A stretch of 64,000 bases of DNA, from positions 9,171 through 73,170 of the forward strand of contig CAMVOL010000005.1 of assembly GCA_947169105.1 (NCBI GenBank), given 5' to 3'. This document shows, piece by piece, positions 35,730 to 43,842 of this stretch (positions within the stretch are counted from its first letter, which is position 1; each line of letters starts with the position of its first letter). The position numbers and the translations under genes were made by a program. This DNA comes from an uncultured Bacteroidales bacterium. GTDB taxonomy: Bacteria; Bacteroidota; Bacteroidia; Bacteroidales; WCHB1-69. Under the pieces are notes generated by a model, which was not told where the DNA came from, did not search any database, and saw only the letters and a list, made by a program, of their open reading frames with translations.

Positions 35730-37913
35730 CTAATTTACAATAAGTTTACTTGTTCCAACTGTAGCTTTTCCTGTATTGAGGCGCAAAAAGTAAACTCCTT
35801 TCGGACGGTTGCTGAAATCAATTTCCGTCTCTTCGGAAGTTACTTCCGTGGAGAAGAGGAGGCAACCTCTGAGGTCGTAAACATTGAGCACCTGCCCTTG
35901 GCTCCACACATTGGAACGCACGGTCACCTTGCCCGTTGTGGGGTTGGGGAAGACTGTGACTTCAGTAAGACTATTGTTCACGATGGCCGTCGTATCGTCT
36001 GGATCATCTGGATCATCTGGATCGTCCGGATCATCGGGATCATCGGGATCATCGGGGTCGTCTGGATCGTCCGGATCATCGGGGTCGTCTGGATCATCCG
36101 GATCATCCGAATCGTCCGGATTGTCGGACAAAATGTTGAGTTTCAGGGTGGTGACGCTATCACAGTCGGCGACACTCAAACGATAGAAAACGAACATATA
36201 GGAACCAGGTTCCATACCTTCTTCAAAAATGGTGTCCCGATAAGTATAGGGGAGGTCGCTCTCGTGTATGGAAATCACGTCGAAATCATTATAGGGTTGG
36301 GAGATGACGACGGGAGTGCGTTCGTAGCTGCTGACATCGCGGTTGGTGTCGTACGTGGCCACATAGAAAATCCCTTCGGTGACGTTACCCGCGTTGTAGA
36401 AGGTGTCGATAGCCACGGGCACGGAGTCATTGTCGGCAGAGAACCAGATGCAGGTTTGTCCGCCGTAGCCCGGGGTGGCCGTCAGGATGACATCGCCGCC
36501 ATTGGCGCAGACGCTGGGGGCTTCAGCACGGGCAATATTTTCCGCAGCGAGGAGGCTGTCATAAACCAATGCAATATAGCGAGCTGCACCGTTGGCACCG
36601 TTTTCGCCGTTGCCACCGTTACCGCCGTCGCCGCCAGCACCGCCTTTACCGCCGTCGCCAGCATAACTACCAAAATCAAAATCGGAAATATCTCCGCCAC
36701 TGCCACCAGCACCACCTATGCCACCGGCACCGCCAATGCCGCCAGCACCACCATAACCCTCATGTCCGATAGTAATGGTACTATTATAAATAAAAGGAGT
36801 TGAACATTCAAAGCAGTAAATGCCGAAGCTGCCACCACCGGCAGTGCCAGCCATGCCGCCTGAGCCGCCCTGACCACCAGAGCCGCCACCGCCGCCTGCG
36901 CCACCGCAGTACTGACCAATGCCGAGGCCACCACTTGAGCCGCCACCACCAGCGCCGCCACCGCCGCCACCACCGCCAAGTCCGTCGGTGCCGTTATTGC
37001 CGCGATCAGCCGGGATAAAGTATGTATTCCATGTGAAAGTGTATCCAGAAATCACCGTAGTACCATTGCTGCCACTGAAACCTGCTCCGCCGTTAGCACC
37101 GCTGGCACCCGCATTGGTTCGTACAGCTCCACTACCACCTTGTCCTCCAACGCCATTGCCTCCAGCCAAGCCATTATTTCCAGCATCACCACGGGCACCT
37201 TGGCCTTCACCACCTTCTCCACCATCACCACCTTTACCACCCGCACGGGAACCCGTTCCTACTGCAGCGCCACCGATACCTTCGGAAGAACTGTTAGCTG
37301 TAAGTGAGCTGGTGCCACCGTCTCCACCACTGGTGCCCTTGTTGCCGTCGAGACCTGCTTCCCCATTGGCACCCGCTTCGCCGTTACCGCCGTCGCCAGC
37401 GACAAGGGAGCAGTCAATAATCTGGTTGCCCGTAGCGCTGCCGCTGATGTGCAGCACGTAAACTGTGGCACCCTTGCCAGAGGAGGCACGGTCAGTGTCA
37501 GAAGCCGAAGCGACCGTAATGTTCAGCCGCTGCAACGTCCAGTTGGTGTCGTTGTCGGAACGAAAACCGATTTTCTGGCTGTAGTCGCCAACGAACTCCA
37601 CCGCATTGATGAACAATTCGGTAGTATTGCTGTCGGGCATCCACGTGCTGTCGTTCAATCCGCCCTCGATGGTGAGGTTACTGTGCAGATCGAGCGTGCG
37701 CGATTCGCTATACGAGCCAGAGGCCACAAAAATATGGGCCGACGTGCTGTCGCCCACAAGGTCAAGGGCGTGTCCGATAGTGAGGAGAGGCTGTTCCGCC
37801 GTACCCGCCAATGAATCATTGCCAGATGGGGAAACGTACAGTTGAATGTCCTGTGCCGAAGCCATCAGCACAAAGAACAACAAACTGAAAATCAACGTAA
37901 TCTGTTTTTTCAT
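35730..37913 (-). CDS. T9SS-secreted glycine-rich (beta-helix-like) protein with (DDP)n linker and type-A CTD
   Basis: Signal peptide and an N-terminus (LYVSPSGNDSLAGTAEQPLLTIGHAL) resembling the start of a right-handed beta-helix. Long GGxGGxG tracts are followed by PDDSDDPDD(PDD)n. The C-terminus FPNPTTGKVTV...GVYFLRL is a T9SS tail. Confidence 0.8.
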   Translation of the reverse strand: MKKQITLIFSLLFFVLMASAQDIQLYVSPSGNDSLAGTAEQPLLTIGHALDLVGDSTSAHIFVASGSYSESRTLDLHSNLTIEGGLNDSTWMPDSNTTELFINAVEFVGDYSQKIGFRSDNDTNWTLQRLNITVASASDTDRASSGKGATVYVLHISGSATGNQIIDCSLVAGDGGNGEAGANGEAGLDGNKGTSGGDGGTSSLTANSSSEGIGGAAVGTGSRAGGKGGDGGEGGEGQGARGDAGNNGLAGGNGVGGQGGSGAVRTNAGASGANGGAGFSGSNGTTVISGYTFTWNTYFIPADRGNNGTDGLGGGGGGGGAGGGGSSGGLGIGQYCGGAGGGGGSGGQGGSGGMAGTAGGGSFGIYCFECSTPFIYNSTITIGHEGYGGAGGIGGAGGIGGAGGSGGDISDFDFGSYAGDGGKGGAGGDGGNGGNGENGANGAARYIALVYDSLLAAENIARAEAPSVCANGGDVILTATPGYGGQTCIWFSADNDSVPVAIDTFYNAGNVTEGIFYVATYDTNRDVSSYERTPVVISQPYNDFDVISIHESDLPYTYRDTIFEEGMEPGSYMFVFYRLSVADCDSVTTLKLNILSDNPDDSDDPDDPDDPDDPDDPDDPDDPDDPDDPDDPDDPDDPDDTTAIVNNSLTEVTVFPNPTTGKVTVRSNVWSQGQVLNVYDLRGCLLFSTEVTSEETEIDFSNRPKGVYFLRLNTGKATVGTSKLIVN
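35995..36128. repeat. Imperfect 9-bp tandem repeat (GGRTCRTCN)x~14 inside the glycine-rich gene
   Basis: It encodes the Asp-Asp-Pro tract on the - strand, and the units differ mostly at wobble positions. Confidence 0.85.
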
Positions 37914-37977
37914 TATTAAAATAAATTTGGTTTGTTCTAAATCGCTATACTATATACATAATTTGCAAAAACGGCGG

Positions 37978-37985
37978 CAAAAATA
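37978..37985 (-). promoter_or_regulatory. -7 promoter box (TATTTTTG) for the glycine-rich protein gene
   Basis: TAnnTTTG consensus in the context cgTAttTTTGccgcc on the - strand, 65 nt upstream of the ATG at 37913. Confidence 0.45.
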
Positions 37986-38070
37986 CGATTTTTTCCAAAA
38001 ATGCCTCTCTCTTTTACTACAGCATTCATAGCAGAAATGTGAAAAAAAGTGAACGTTTAAAATTTTGGTG

Positions 38071-38078
38071 TATTTTTG
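38071..38078 (+). promoter_or_regulatory. -7 promoter box (TATTTTTG) for the SDR-VOC-Hdr-like operon
   Basis: TAnnTTTG consensus in the context gTAttTTTGcagcc, 24 nt upstream of the ATG at 38102. It lies inside the GTG-extended ORF-track call. Confidence 0.5.
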
Positions 38079-38101
38079 CAGCCCTAATCGGACTTCGATA
38101 C

Positions 38102-38902
38102 ATGAAGAAATTTAAAGACAAAATCGTCTGTATCACAGGAGCTTCCTCTGGAATCGGGGAAGCGACTGCCTACCGTTTTGCGGAAGAGGAAGCCCGACTC
38201 CTGCTGATTGCCCTTGAGGAGGACAAGCTACAGGAAGTGAAACAGAAGTGCCTTCAGCTCGGTTCCCCCGATGTGGAAGTTTTCCCATACAATCTTGCTG
38301 ATTTAGAGAATCTTCCATCACTGATGGAGCAGGTGTGGAACCGTTTCGACCACATTGATGTGATGTATAACAATGCTGGCATCAGCCAGCGCACCACTGT
38401 CGCGGATACGGAAATGTCAATGATTCATAAGATTATGGATATTGACTATTTCGCGCCCGTCATCATTGCAAAAACATTGTTGCCCAAGATGTTGGAAAAC
38501 GGCGGCGGGCAGTTTGCCGTCACCACCAGCATTGCCGGCTGTTTCGGCTTCCCGCTACGGTGCGCCTATAGTTCGGCCAAACATGCGCTCTACGGGTTCT
38601 TTGAATCCCTTCACGCCGAGTATTACGCACAGAATGTGCGTGTTACGTTAGTCTGTCCGGGGCGCGTGCGGACCAACATCTCCTTTTATGCGTTGGACAA
38701 AGGGGGCAAGCAGCACGGCAAGATGGATGCGGGTCAGGCCAACGGCATCACACCGGAGAAGGCGGCGAGCAAAATCGTTCGGGCCATTTACCGGCGAAAA
38801 CGGGAAGTGCTCGTCGGCAGCACCGAACTGCTGATGGCCTATATCAAACGTTTCTTCCCCGGACTTTGCGCCCGTCTGGCACGAAAAGTCAGTTCAACTT
38901 AA
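38102..38902 (+). CDS. Short-chain dehydrogenase/reductase (SDR)
   Basis: TGASSGIG and YSSAK motifs. The start is trimmed from the GTG at 38039 to the ATG at 38102 (MKKFKDKIVCITG). Confidence 0.85.
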   Translation: MKKFKDKIVCITGASSGIGEATAYRFAEEEARLLLIALEEDKLQEVKQKCLQLGSPDVEVFPYNLADLENLPSLMEQVWNRFDHIDVMYNNAGISQRTTVADTEMSMIHKIMDIDYFAPVIIAKTLLPKMLENGGGQFAVTTSIAGCFGFPLRCAYSSAKHALYGFFESLHAEYYAQNVRVTLVCPGRVRTNISFYALDKGGKQHGKMDAGQANGITPEKAASKIVRAIYRRKREVLVGSTELLMAYIKRFFPGLCARLARKVSST

Positions 38903-38923
38903 TTATTTTGAAAATCAAAATTT

Positions 38924-39985
38924 ATGTTTTTAATATCAGGAATACAGCAGGTCGGTGTCGGCACAACCAACTTCACGGAATCGTGGAAGTGGTACGCTGA
39001 TTTATTCCAGATGAACATCAAGATTCTGGAGGACGACACAGTGGCGGAGCGGATGCTGCCTTACACGGGCAACGCCCCACAAAAGCGGCACGCCTGCATC
39101 GCCATCAACCTGCAAGGTGGGGGCGGCTTTGAGATTTGGCAATACTCCGAGCGTGTACCACAGCCCGTACCTTTCACCATCCATATCGGCGACCTCGGCA
39201 TCTTTGCCATGAAAATCAAGTGCCGTGATGCGGAGAAATTTCATCAGGAAGTCAGTGCCAAATATGATAAAGTCAGTGCATTAGTCGATGCTCCCGACGG
39301 GACAAAGACGTTCTGGATAGAAGACCCGTGGGGCAACTTCTTCCAAGCGGTGGAATTTCCGGTCGTCTATCGGGATATGAAACGGCTCTCGGGTGGTGCT
39401 CTCGGCGTGATGATCGGTGTCACCGACATCGAACGGTCGTTGGCGGTCTATCGCGACATTCTCGGCTACGACGAGGTGGTTTACGACAAAACCGGCACGT
39501 TCGACGACTGGTCGATGATACCTGGCAGTGGCGAACAATACCGCCGCGTGCTACTCACGCACAGCCAGCCGCGACAGGGAGCCTTCTCCGAACTCTTCGG
39601 AAAAAGCTACATCGAGCTGGTGGTAGCCCTTGACCGGCAGCCACGAAAAATTTACGAAGGCCGTTACTGGGGCGACCCCGGCTTCATCCAGCTCTGTATG
39701 GACGTAGTGAATATGAAGGAGTTAGGGGTATTTTGTAGAGAAAAGGGATTCCCCTTCACCGTAGATAGCTGCCCCGGCGACATTCGTTTCGATATGGGCG
39801 ACGCTTCCGGCCATTTCACCTACATCGAAGACCCCGACGGCACACTCATCGAATTTGTAGAAACGCATAAAATACCTGTAGTCAAAAAGTTAGGTTGGTT
39901 CATTGATCTCAAGAAACGGGATGCGACCAAGCCCCTACCCCACTGGCTGTTAGGCTGTCTGCGTTGGAACAAAGTAAAATTCTAA
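38924..39985 (+). CDS. Two-domain VOC (glyoxalase/dioxygenase-fold) family protein
   Basis: 353 aa with two beta-alpha-beta-beta-beta-type modules (e.g. GIQQVGVGTTNF...EIWQY and GVMIGVTDIERSLAVYRDILGY...FTYIEDPDGTLIEFVE). Confidence 0.7.
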   Translation: MFLISGIQQVGVGTTNFTESWKWYADLFQMNIKILEDDTVAERMLPYTGNAPQKRHACIAINLQGGGGFEIWQYSERVPQPVPFTIHIGDLGIFAMKIKCRDAEKFHQEVSAKYDKVSALVDAPDGTKTFWIEDPWGNFFQAVEFPVVYRDMKRLSGGALGVMIGVTDIERSLAVYRDILGYDEVVYDKTGTFDDWSMIPGSGEQYRRVLLTHSQPRQGAFSELFGKSYIELVVALDRQPRKIYEGRYWGDPGFIQLCMDVVNMKELGVFCREKGFPFTVDSCPGDIRFDMGDASGHFTYIEDPDGTLIEFVETHKIPVVKKLGWFIDLKKRDATKPLPHWLLGCLRWNKVKF

Positions 39986-39996
39986 AAGAAATTACT

Positions 39997-40602
39997 ATGG
40001 GAAATCTTCATAATTTGCTGATGGAGGATGCTCGCTTCAACGACGCACTGAAGGCGTGCATGAACTGTGGCATCTGCACCGCCATCTGTCCGGCGGCGGA
40101 GTTCTTCGACTACGACCCGCGCCGTATATGCGACACGGTGCAGCGCAAGAACGAAAACGACATCGAGGAGCTGCTGCGCTCGGATATGATTTGGGCCTGC
40201 GGACAATGTATGTCATGCAAAGCCCGCTGCCCGCGTGGCAACGCCCCAGGCGAAATCATCCTCATCCTCCGAAAGTATGCGATGCAGTTGGGCTATGTCG
40301 ATAGCGAAATCCGGGAACAGGAACGGCGGATGGCAGCAGCTCAGGGAGAGAACATCCTAAAAACTGGCTACTGCGTCCATCCCGATTTAGTGAATCCTGA
40401 GCTCCATCCCGAACAAGGTCCCATCTGGAAATGGTACACCAAAAACATCATTGACATTGCGCCCAAGTTAGGAGCCAACTATCATGGCGAGGGGCCTGGC
40501 GCACTCCGCCAAATCCGCAAAGAGAATCTGGACGAAATCCGCCGCATTTATGAAGTAACAGGCGGAATTGAACTTCACAATCGCCTTCTTTCAGAAGAAT
40601 AA
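39997..40602 (+). CDS. HdrC-like 2x[4Fe-4S] protein
   Basis: CMNCGICTAICP and CGQCMSCKARCP motifs. I use the ATG at 39997, because the ORF-track TTG at 39964 overlaps the upstream gene. Confidence 0.75.
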   Translation: MGNLHNLLMEDARFNDALKACMNCGICTAICPAAEFFDYDPRRICDTVQRKNENDIEELLRSDMIWACGQCMSCKARCPRGNAPGEIILILRKYAMQLGYVDSEIREQERRMAAAQGENILKTGYCVHPDLVNPELHPEQGPIWKWYTKNIIDIAPKLGANYHGEGPGALRQIRKENLDEIRRIYEVTGGIELHNRLLSEE

Positions 40603-40641
40603 CTACATGATTTTCAACAGACTATAACAATCCAAAGAAAA

Positions 40642-40971
40642 ATGATCAATTTCGGATACTCCATAGCAAAATCAAGGGCGGTCAATTTGGATGAATGTGA
40701 TTTTGACAAATTGCACCAGCTGGAGAATCTTGCGCCCTCATTCAAACGCTGCATGAACTGCGGAGCCTGCACCGCCACCTGCAGTGCCCAGCAATTCACC
40801 TCTTTCAACATTCGGAAAATTAAGTCACTGTACCAGCAAGCGCAATACGATAAATTGGCTAAAGAGTTGGAAAAGTGTATGTTGTGCGGGAAATGCACGT
40901 TGGTCTGTCCCCGTGGACTGAACTTGCGTCCTATTGTCATGAATATGCGTAAAATCTTAAACAAGAAATAG
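40642..40971 (+). CDS. Small HdrC-like 2x[4Fe-4S]-motif protein
   Basis: 109 aa with CMNCGACTATCS and CMLCGKCTLVCP motifs. Confidence 0.7.
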   Translation: MINFGYSIAKSRAVNLDECDFDKLHQLENLAPSFKRCMNCGACTATCSAQQFTSFNIRKIKSLYQQAQYDKLAKELEKCMLCGKCTLVCPRGLNLRPIVMNMRKILNKK

Positions 40972-40975
40972 TTGT

Positions 40976-42754
40976 ATGCTGCAATATTTTCATCCCTTTG
41001 TCCTCCCCTTCACTCTTGGTGCCTTCATCCTTTTCGGCATCTGCATCTGGAAATATGTGCGCTGGTACAAGCAGTTTGACCAGTTGCAGCGTGCCATTGT
41101 CCGGAAAAATCTTTTTTCGTGGAAGATCATCCCTGCTATTTGGGAAATGTTCCGCGAAGGTATTTTGCATATCCGCATCAGTCGTAAGAACCTGGTACTC
41201 GGCTATATGCACCGGAGTATCGCCTTCGGTTGGTTCCTGCTGATTCTGGTCGGTTTCATCGAGACACACCTCACACCAGCGGATGCCCACCCGATGTGGA
41301 TGGCCATCTTCTACCGCTTCTTCTTCCACGAGCACCAGACGTTTGCAGGTGCCGCCTTCCTCACCAACCTGATGGACCTGCTGCTGATTTATGTCCTTTC
41401 GGGTATTTTATTGGCCGTCATCAAGAAGTTCTATTCCCGTATTTTGGGAATGAAAAAAACGACCAAGCACGTGGTTTTCGACCATTTTGCGAAAGCCTCC
41501 CTCTGGTGTATTTTTCCGTTACGTCTTCTTTCTGAAACACTTACGGCAACCATCTATCACAACGGCGGCTTTTTCACCCAATTCCTCGGCAACCTGATTC
41601 CGTTGCCGTTTGCAGAAGCTTTTGAGTTGCTTTCTTGGACGCTGTACTCGATTGCACTCGGCACCTTCTTCGTCAGCCTTCCCTTCTCCCGTTATATGCA
41701 TATTTTCACGGAATTGGTACTGATTTATTTCCGCCAGATGGGGGTGAAGGACAAAAAAGAGCGCACCGGCTACACGATGTACGAGCTGAGTGCCTGTTCC
41801 CGTTGCGGCATGTGCATTGACAACTGTCCTTTAAATAAAGAACTGGGTATCAACACCGTACAATCCGTCTATTTCTTGCGGAACCTCCGTTACAAACGGA
41901 ATCGTCCCTATGTGGTGGACAACTGCCTGCTGTGCGCCCGCTGCGCCTCCGATTGTCCCGTCAACATCGACCTGATGGCGATACGTCAGCAGGAGCGGAA
42001 CAAGGGCAAGTTGGACACGGAAGGGAACTACAAATACCTTGAGACGGTACAGCCGTTCAACGCCATTGGCGGGGTCGGCTATTTCGGCGGGTGCATGTCG
42101 CACCTGACGCCCGGCATCACGGAGGCGATGAAAGAGATTTTCGAGGCAGCGGGCCAGCGTTACTGGCGCATTGACGAAGACCGGAGCATCTGTTGCGGGC
42201 GTCCTCTGCTACAGCAGGGATACATCAATCAGGCAGCGGAACTGCGCCGCAAGCTTACCGACCTCATCCGTAAGTCACAGATTTCCATGCTGGTAACGTC
42301 GTGCCCCATCTGTTACCAGACGTTCAAGAAGGACTACAAACTCAAGATTCCGGTACTGCACCATACGGAGTATATCGCCCGCCTCATCCAAGACGGGAAG
42401 ATCAAGGTGCGGAAGGACGACTTGAAGACGGTCTATCACGACCCGTGCGAGCTGGGGCGCGGCTGCGGCATCTACAAGGAACCAAGGCAGATATTGAAGA
42501 CCACCACCCATTTGGTGAAGGCGAAGCAGGAAAAGGAGGACTCCCTCTGCTGCGGTATCAACCTCGGTGACACGATGATAGACATTGAGCAGCAGAAGGT
42601 CATCCGTGACGCGGCGGTGGCGAACCTGCTTTACAAGAATCCCGACCTCATCGCCACGGCCTGCCCGATGTGCAAGAAGGCGTTCTGCAACTCCACCAAC
42701 TTACAGGTAAAGGACATCGCAGAAATTGTTCAACAAAATCTGATTAAAAAGTAA
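40976..42754 (+). CDS. Membrane-bound Fe-S/CCG protein: NarI/DsrM-like polytopic N-terminus fused to an HdrD/DsrK-like domain
   Basis: An N-terminal hydrophobic region of about 250 aa carries several His residues. It is followed by CSRCGMCIDNCP and CLLCARCASDCP, and by two intact CCG modules (C..SICCGRP..SCPIC and C..SLCCGIN..ACPMC). Confidence 0.75.
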   Translation: MLQYFHPFVLPFTLGAFILFGICIWKYVRWYKQFDQLQRAIVRKNLFSWKIIPAIWEMFREGILHIRISRKNLVLGYMHRSIAFGWFLLILVGFIETHLTPADAHPMWMAIFYRFFFHEHQTFAGAAFLTNLMDLLLIYVLSGILLAVIKKFYSRILGMKKTTKHVVFDHFAKASLWCIFPLRLLSETLTATIYHNGGFFTQFLGNLIPLPFAEAFELLSWTLYSIALGTFFVSLPFSRYMHIFTELVLIYFRQMGVKDKKERTGYTMYELSACSRCGMCIDNCPLNKELGINTVQSVYFLRNLRYKRNRPYVVDNCLLCARCASDCPVNIDLMAIRQQERNKGKLDTEGNYKYLETVQPFNAIGGVGYFGGCMSHLTPGITEAMKEIFEAAGQRYWRIDEDRSICCGRPLLQQGYINQAAELRRKLTDLIRKSQISMLVTSCPICYQTFKKDYKLKIPVLHHTEYIARLIQDGKIKVRKDDLKTVYHDPCELGRGCGIYKEPRQILKTTTHLVKAKQEKEDSLCCGINLGDTMIDIEQQKVIRDAAVANLLYKNPDLIATACPMCKKAFCNSTNLQVKDIAEIVQQNLIKK

Positions 42755-42759
42755 AAATT

Positions 42760-43815
42760 ATGGAGAAACGATATTGGAACGAGTACCAGAAGGAAATTGC
42801 GGATGACCACTACTTTTACGAGCGGAGCTGCATCCGGCAGACTTTTTTTCCAGGGTCGGAGGCGGCATTCCTGCGGATGATGCGGGAGGTGTTGCACAAG
42901 GACATCTACGATGAGGAGAATGCGCACACCTGCACGGGTATCGGATACCACAGCGACTTTGTGCCGTTGGAGACCACGATGACGGTGGTGGCGCGGCTTT
43001 TCGCACTGATGACGGAAAAGGGCTATACCAACTATGTGCCGTCTTGTGTCACCTCGTTCGGTATCTTTTCGGAGATGGTGGAGATGTGGGAGCATCATCC
43101 AGAGTTATTGGAAAAGACGCGGAAGTATCTCCGTGAGGCGACGGGACGGGAGTTTGAAATTCCAAAGAACATCGCCCACCCGTCGGACATCATATACAAG
43201 AATCGGGAAGAGCTGAAAAAGAATATGAAGTACCAATTGGTCAACCGGTTCACCGGCAAGCCGTTGCGGGTGGTGGAGCATGTGGGCTGCCACTATGCCA
43301 AGATTTTCCCGGAGAAGGGTGTGGGCAAGTCGGAGTTTCCGTATGTGCTGGCAGGTATGATTGAGTCGTGGGGTGGCGAGGTTCTGGACTATCCGGAGCG
43401 TCGGCACTGCTGCGGGTTCGGCTTCCGTCACTATTTGCTTCAGGAGAACCGCGGCTATTCCGTTGCCAACACGAAGAAGAAATTCGAATCGATGGAGCCG
43501 TACGAGCCCGACTTCATCGTCACCAACTGTCCCGGCTGTGCCATGTTCATGGACAAGTGGCAATACACGATTGCGGAGATGGAGAACAAGACTTTTGACA
43601 AGGAAGGGTATGGAATCCCCGTCCTGACCTACGAGGAGATGGCGGGACTTCTGCTCGGTTACGACCCGTGGCAGTTGGGATTGCAGCTGCATCAGGTTCA
43701 GGCCGAGAATCTGTTCAACAAGATAGGAATCAAGTACAACCCCGATGAAAAGTACTGCGGAGTAGATGGGAAGATACTCCCCTCCCCTGAAAAACCGAGG
43801 GTGTTGAAGCAATAG
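42760..43815 (+). CDS. HdrB-like CCG-domain protein (N-terminal CCG module degenerate)
   Basis: The C-terminal module is intact, by my count CX39CCX38CXXC (GCHYAK..RRHCCGFG..TNCPGC). The N-terminal module has TCTG instead of CCG and CVTS instead of CXXC. Confidence 0.75.
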   Translation: MEKRYWNEYQKEIADDHYFYERSCIRQTFFPGSEAAFLRMMREVLHKDIYDEENAHTCTGIGYHSDFVPLETTMTVVARLFALMTEKGYTNYVPSCVTSFGIFSEMVEMWEHHPELLEKTRKYLREATGREFEIPKNIAHPSDIIYKNREELKKNMKYQLVNRFTGKPLRVVEHVGCHYAKIFPEKGVGKSEFPYVLAGMIESWGGEVLDYPERRHCCGFGFRHYLLQENRGYSVANTKKKFESMEPYEPDFIVTNCPGCAMFMDKWQYTIAEMENKTFDKEGYGIPVLTYEEMAGLLLGYDPWQLGLQLHQVQAENLFNKIGIKYNPDEKYCGVDGKILPSPEKPRVLKQ

Positions 43816-43842
43816 GGCATCGCATCCTGTTTCCGCCACAGG

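Noticed and set aside
36919-37461. Long antisense or shadow ORFs: this Pro-rich one, plus 807..1400, 1530..2486, 3603..4607, 8657..9583, 15208..15948, 17962..18951, 43105..43839, 48695..49804, 51603..52502, 55272..56054, 59463..60377 and 61640..62743.
   Set aside because: Each lies fully inside a well-supported gene on the opposite strand or in another frame. They have low-complexity or Arg/Gly/Pro-biased composition, no recognisable motifs, and often non-ATG starts.
38039-38101. N-terminal extensions in the ORF track that begin at GTG or TTG (38039, 39964, 50655, 59478, 60591, 61655, 2510, 25926, 29884, 35725, 48410, 16638).
   Set aside because: The extensions run across TAnnTTTG promoter boxes or overlap the upstream gene, and an in-frame ATG gives a canonical family N-terminus or signal peptide.
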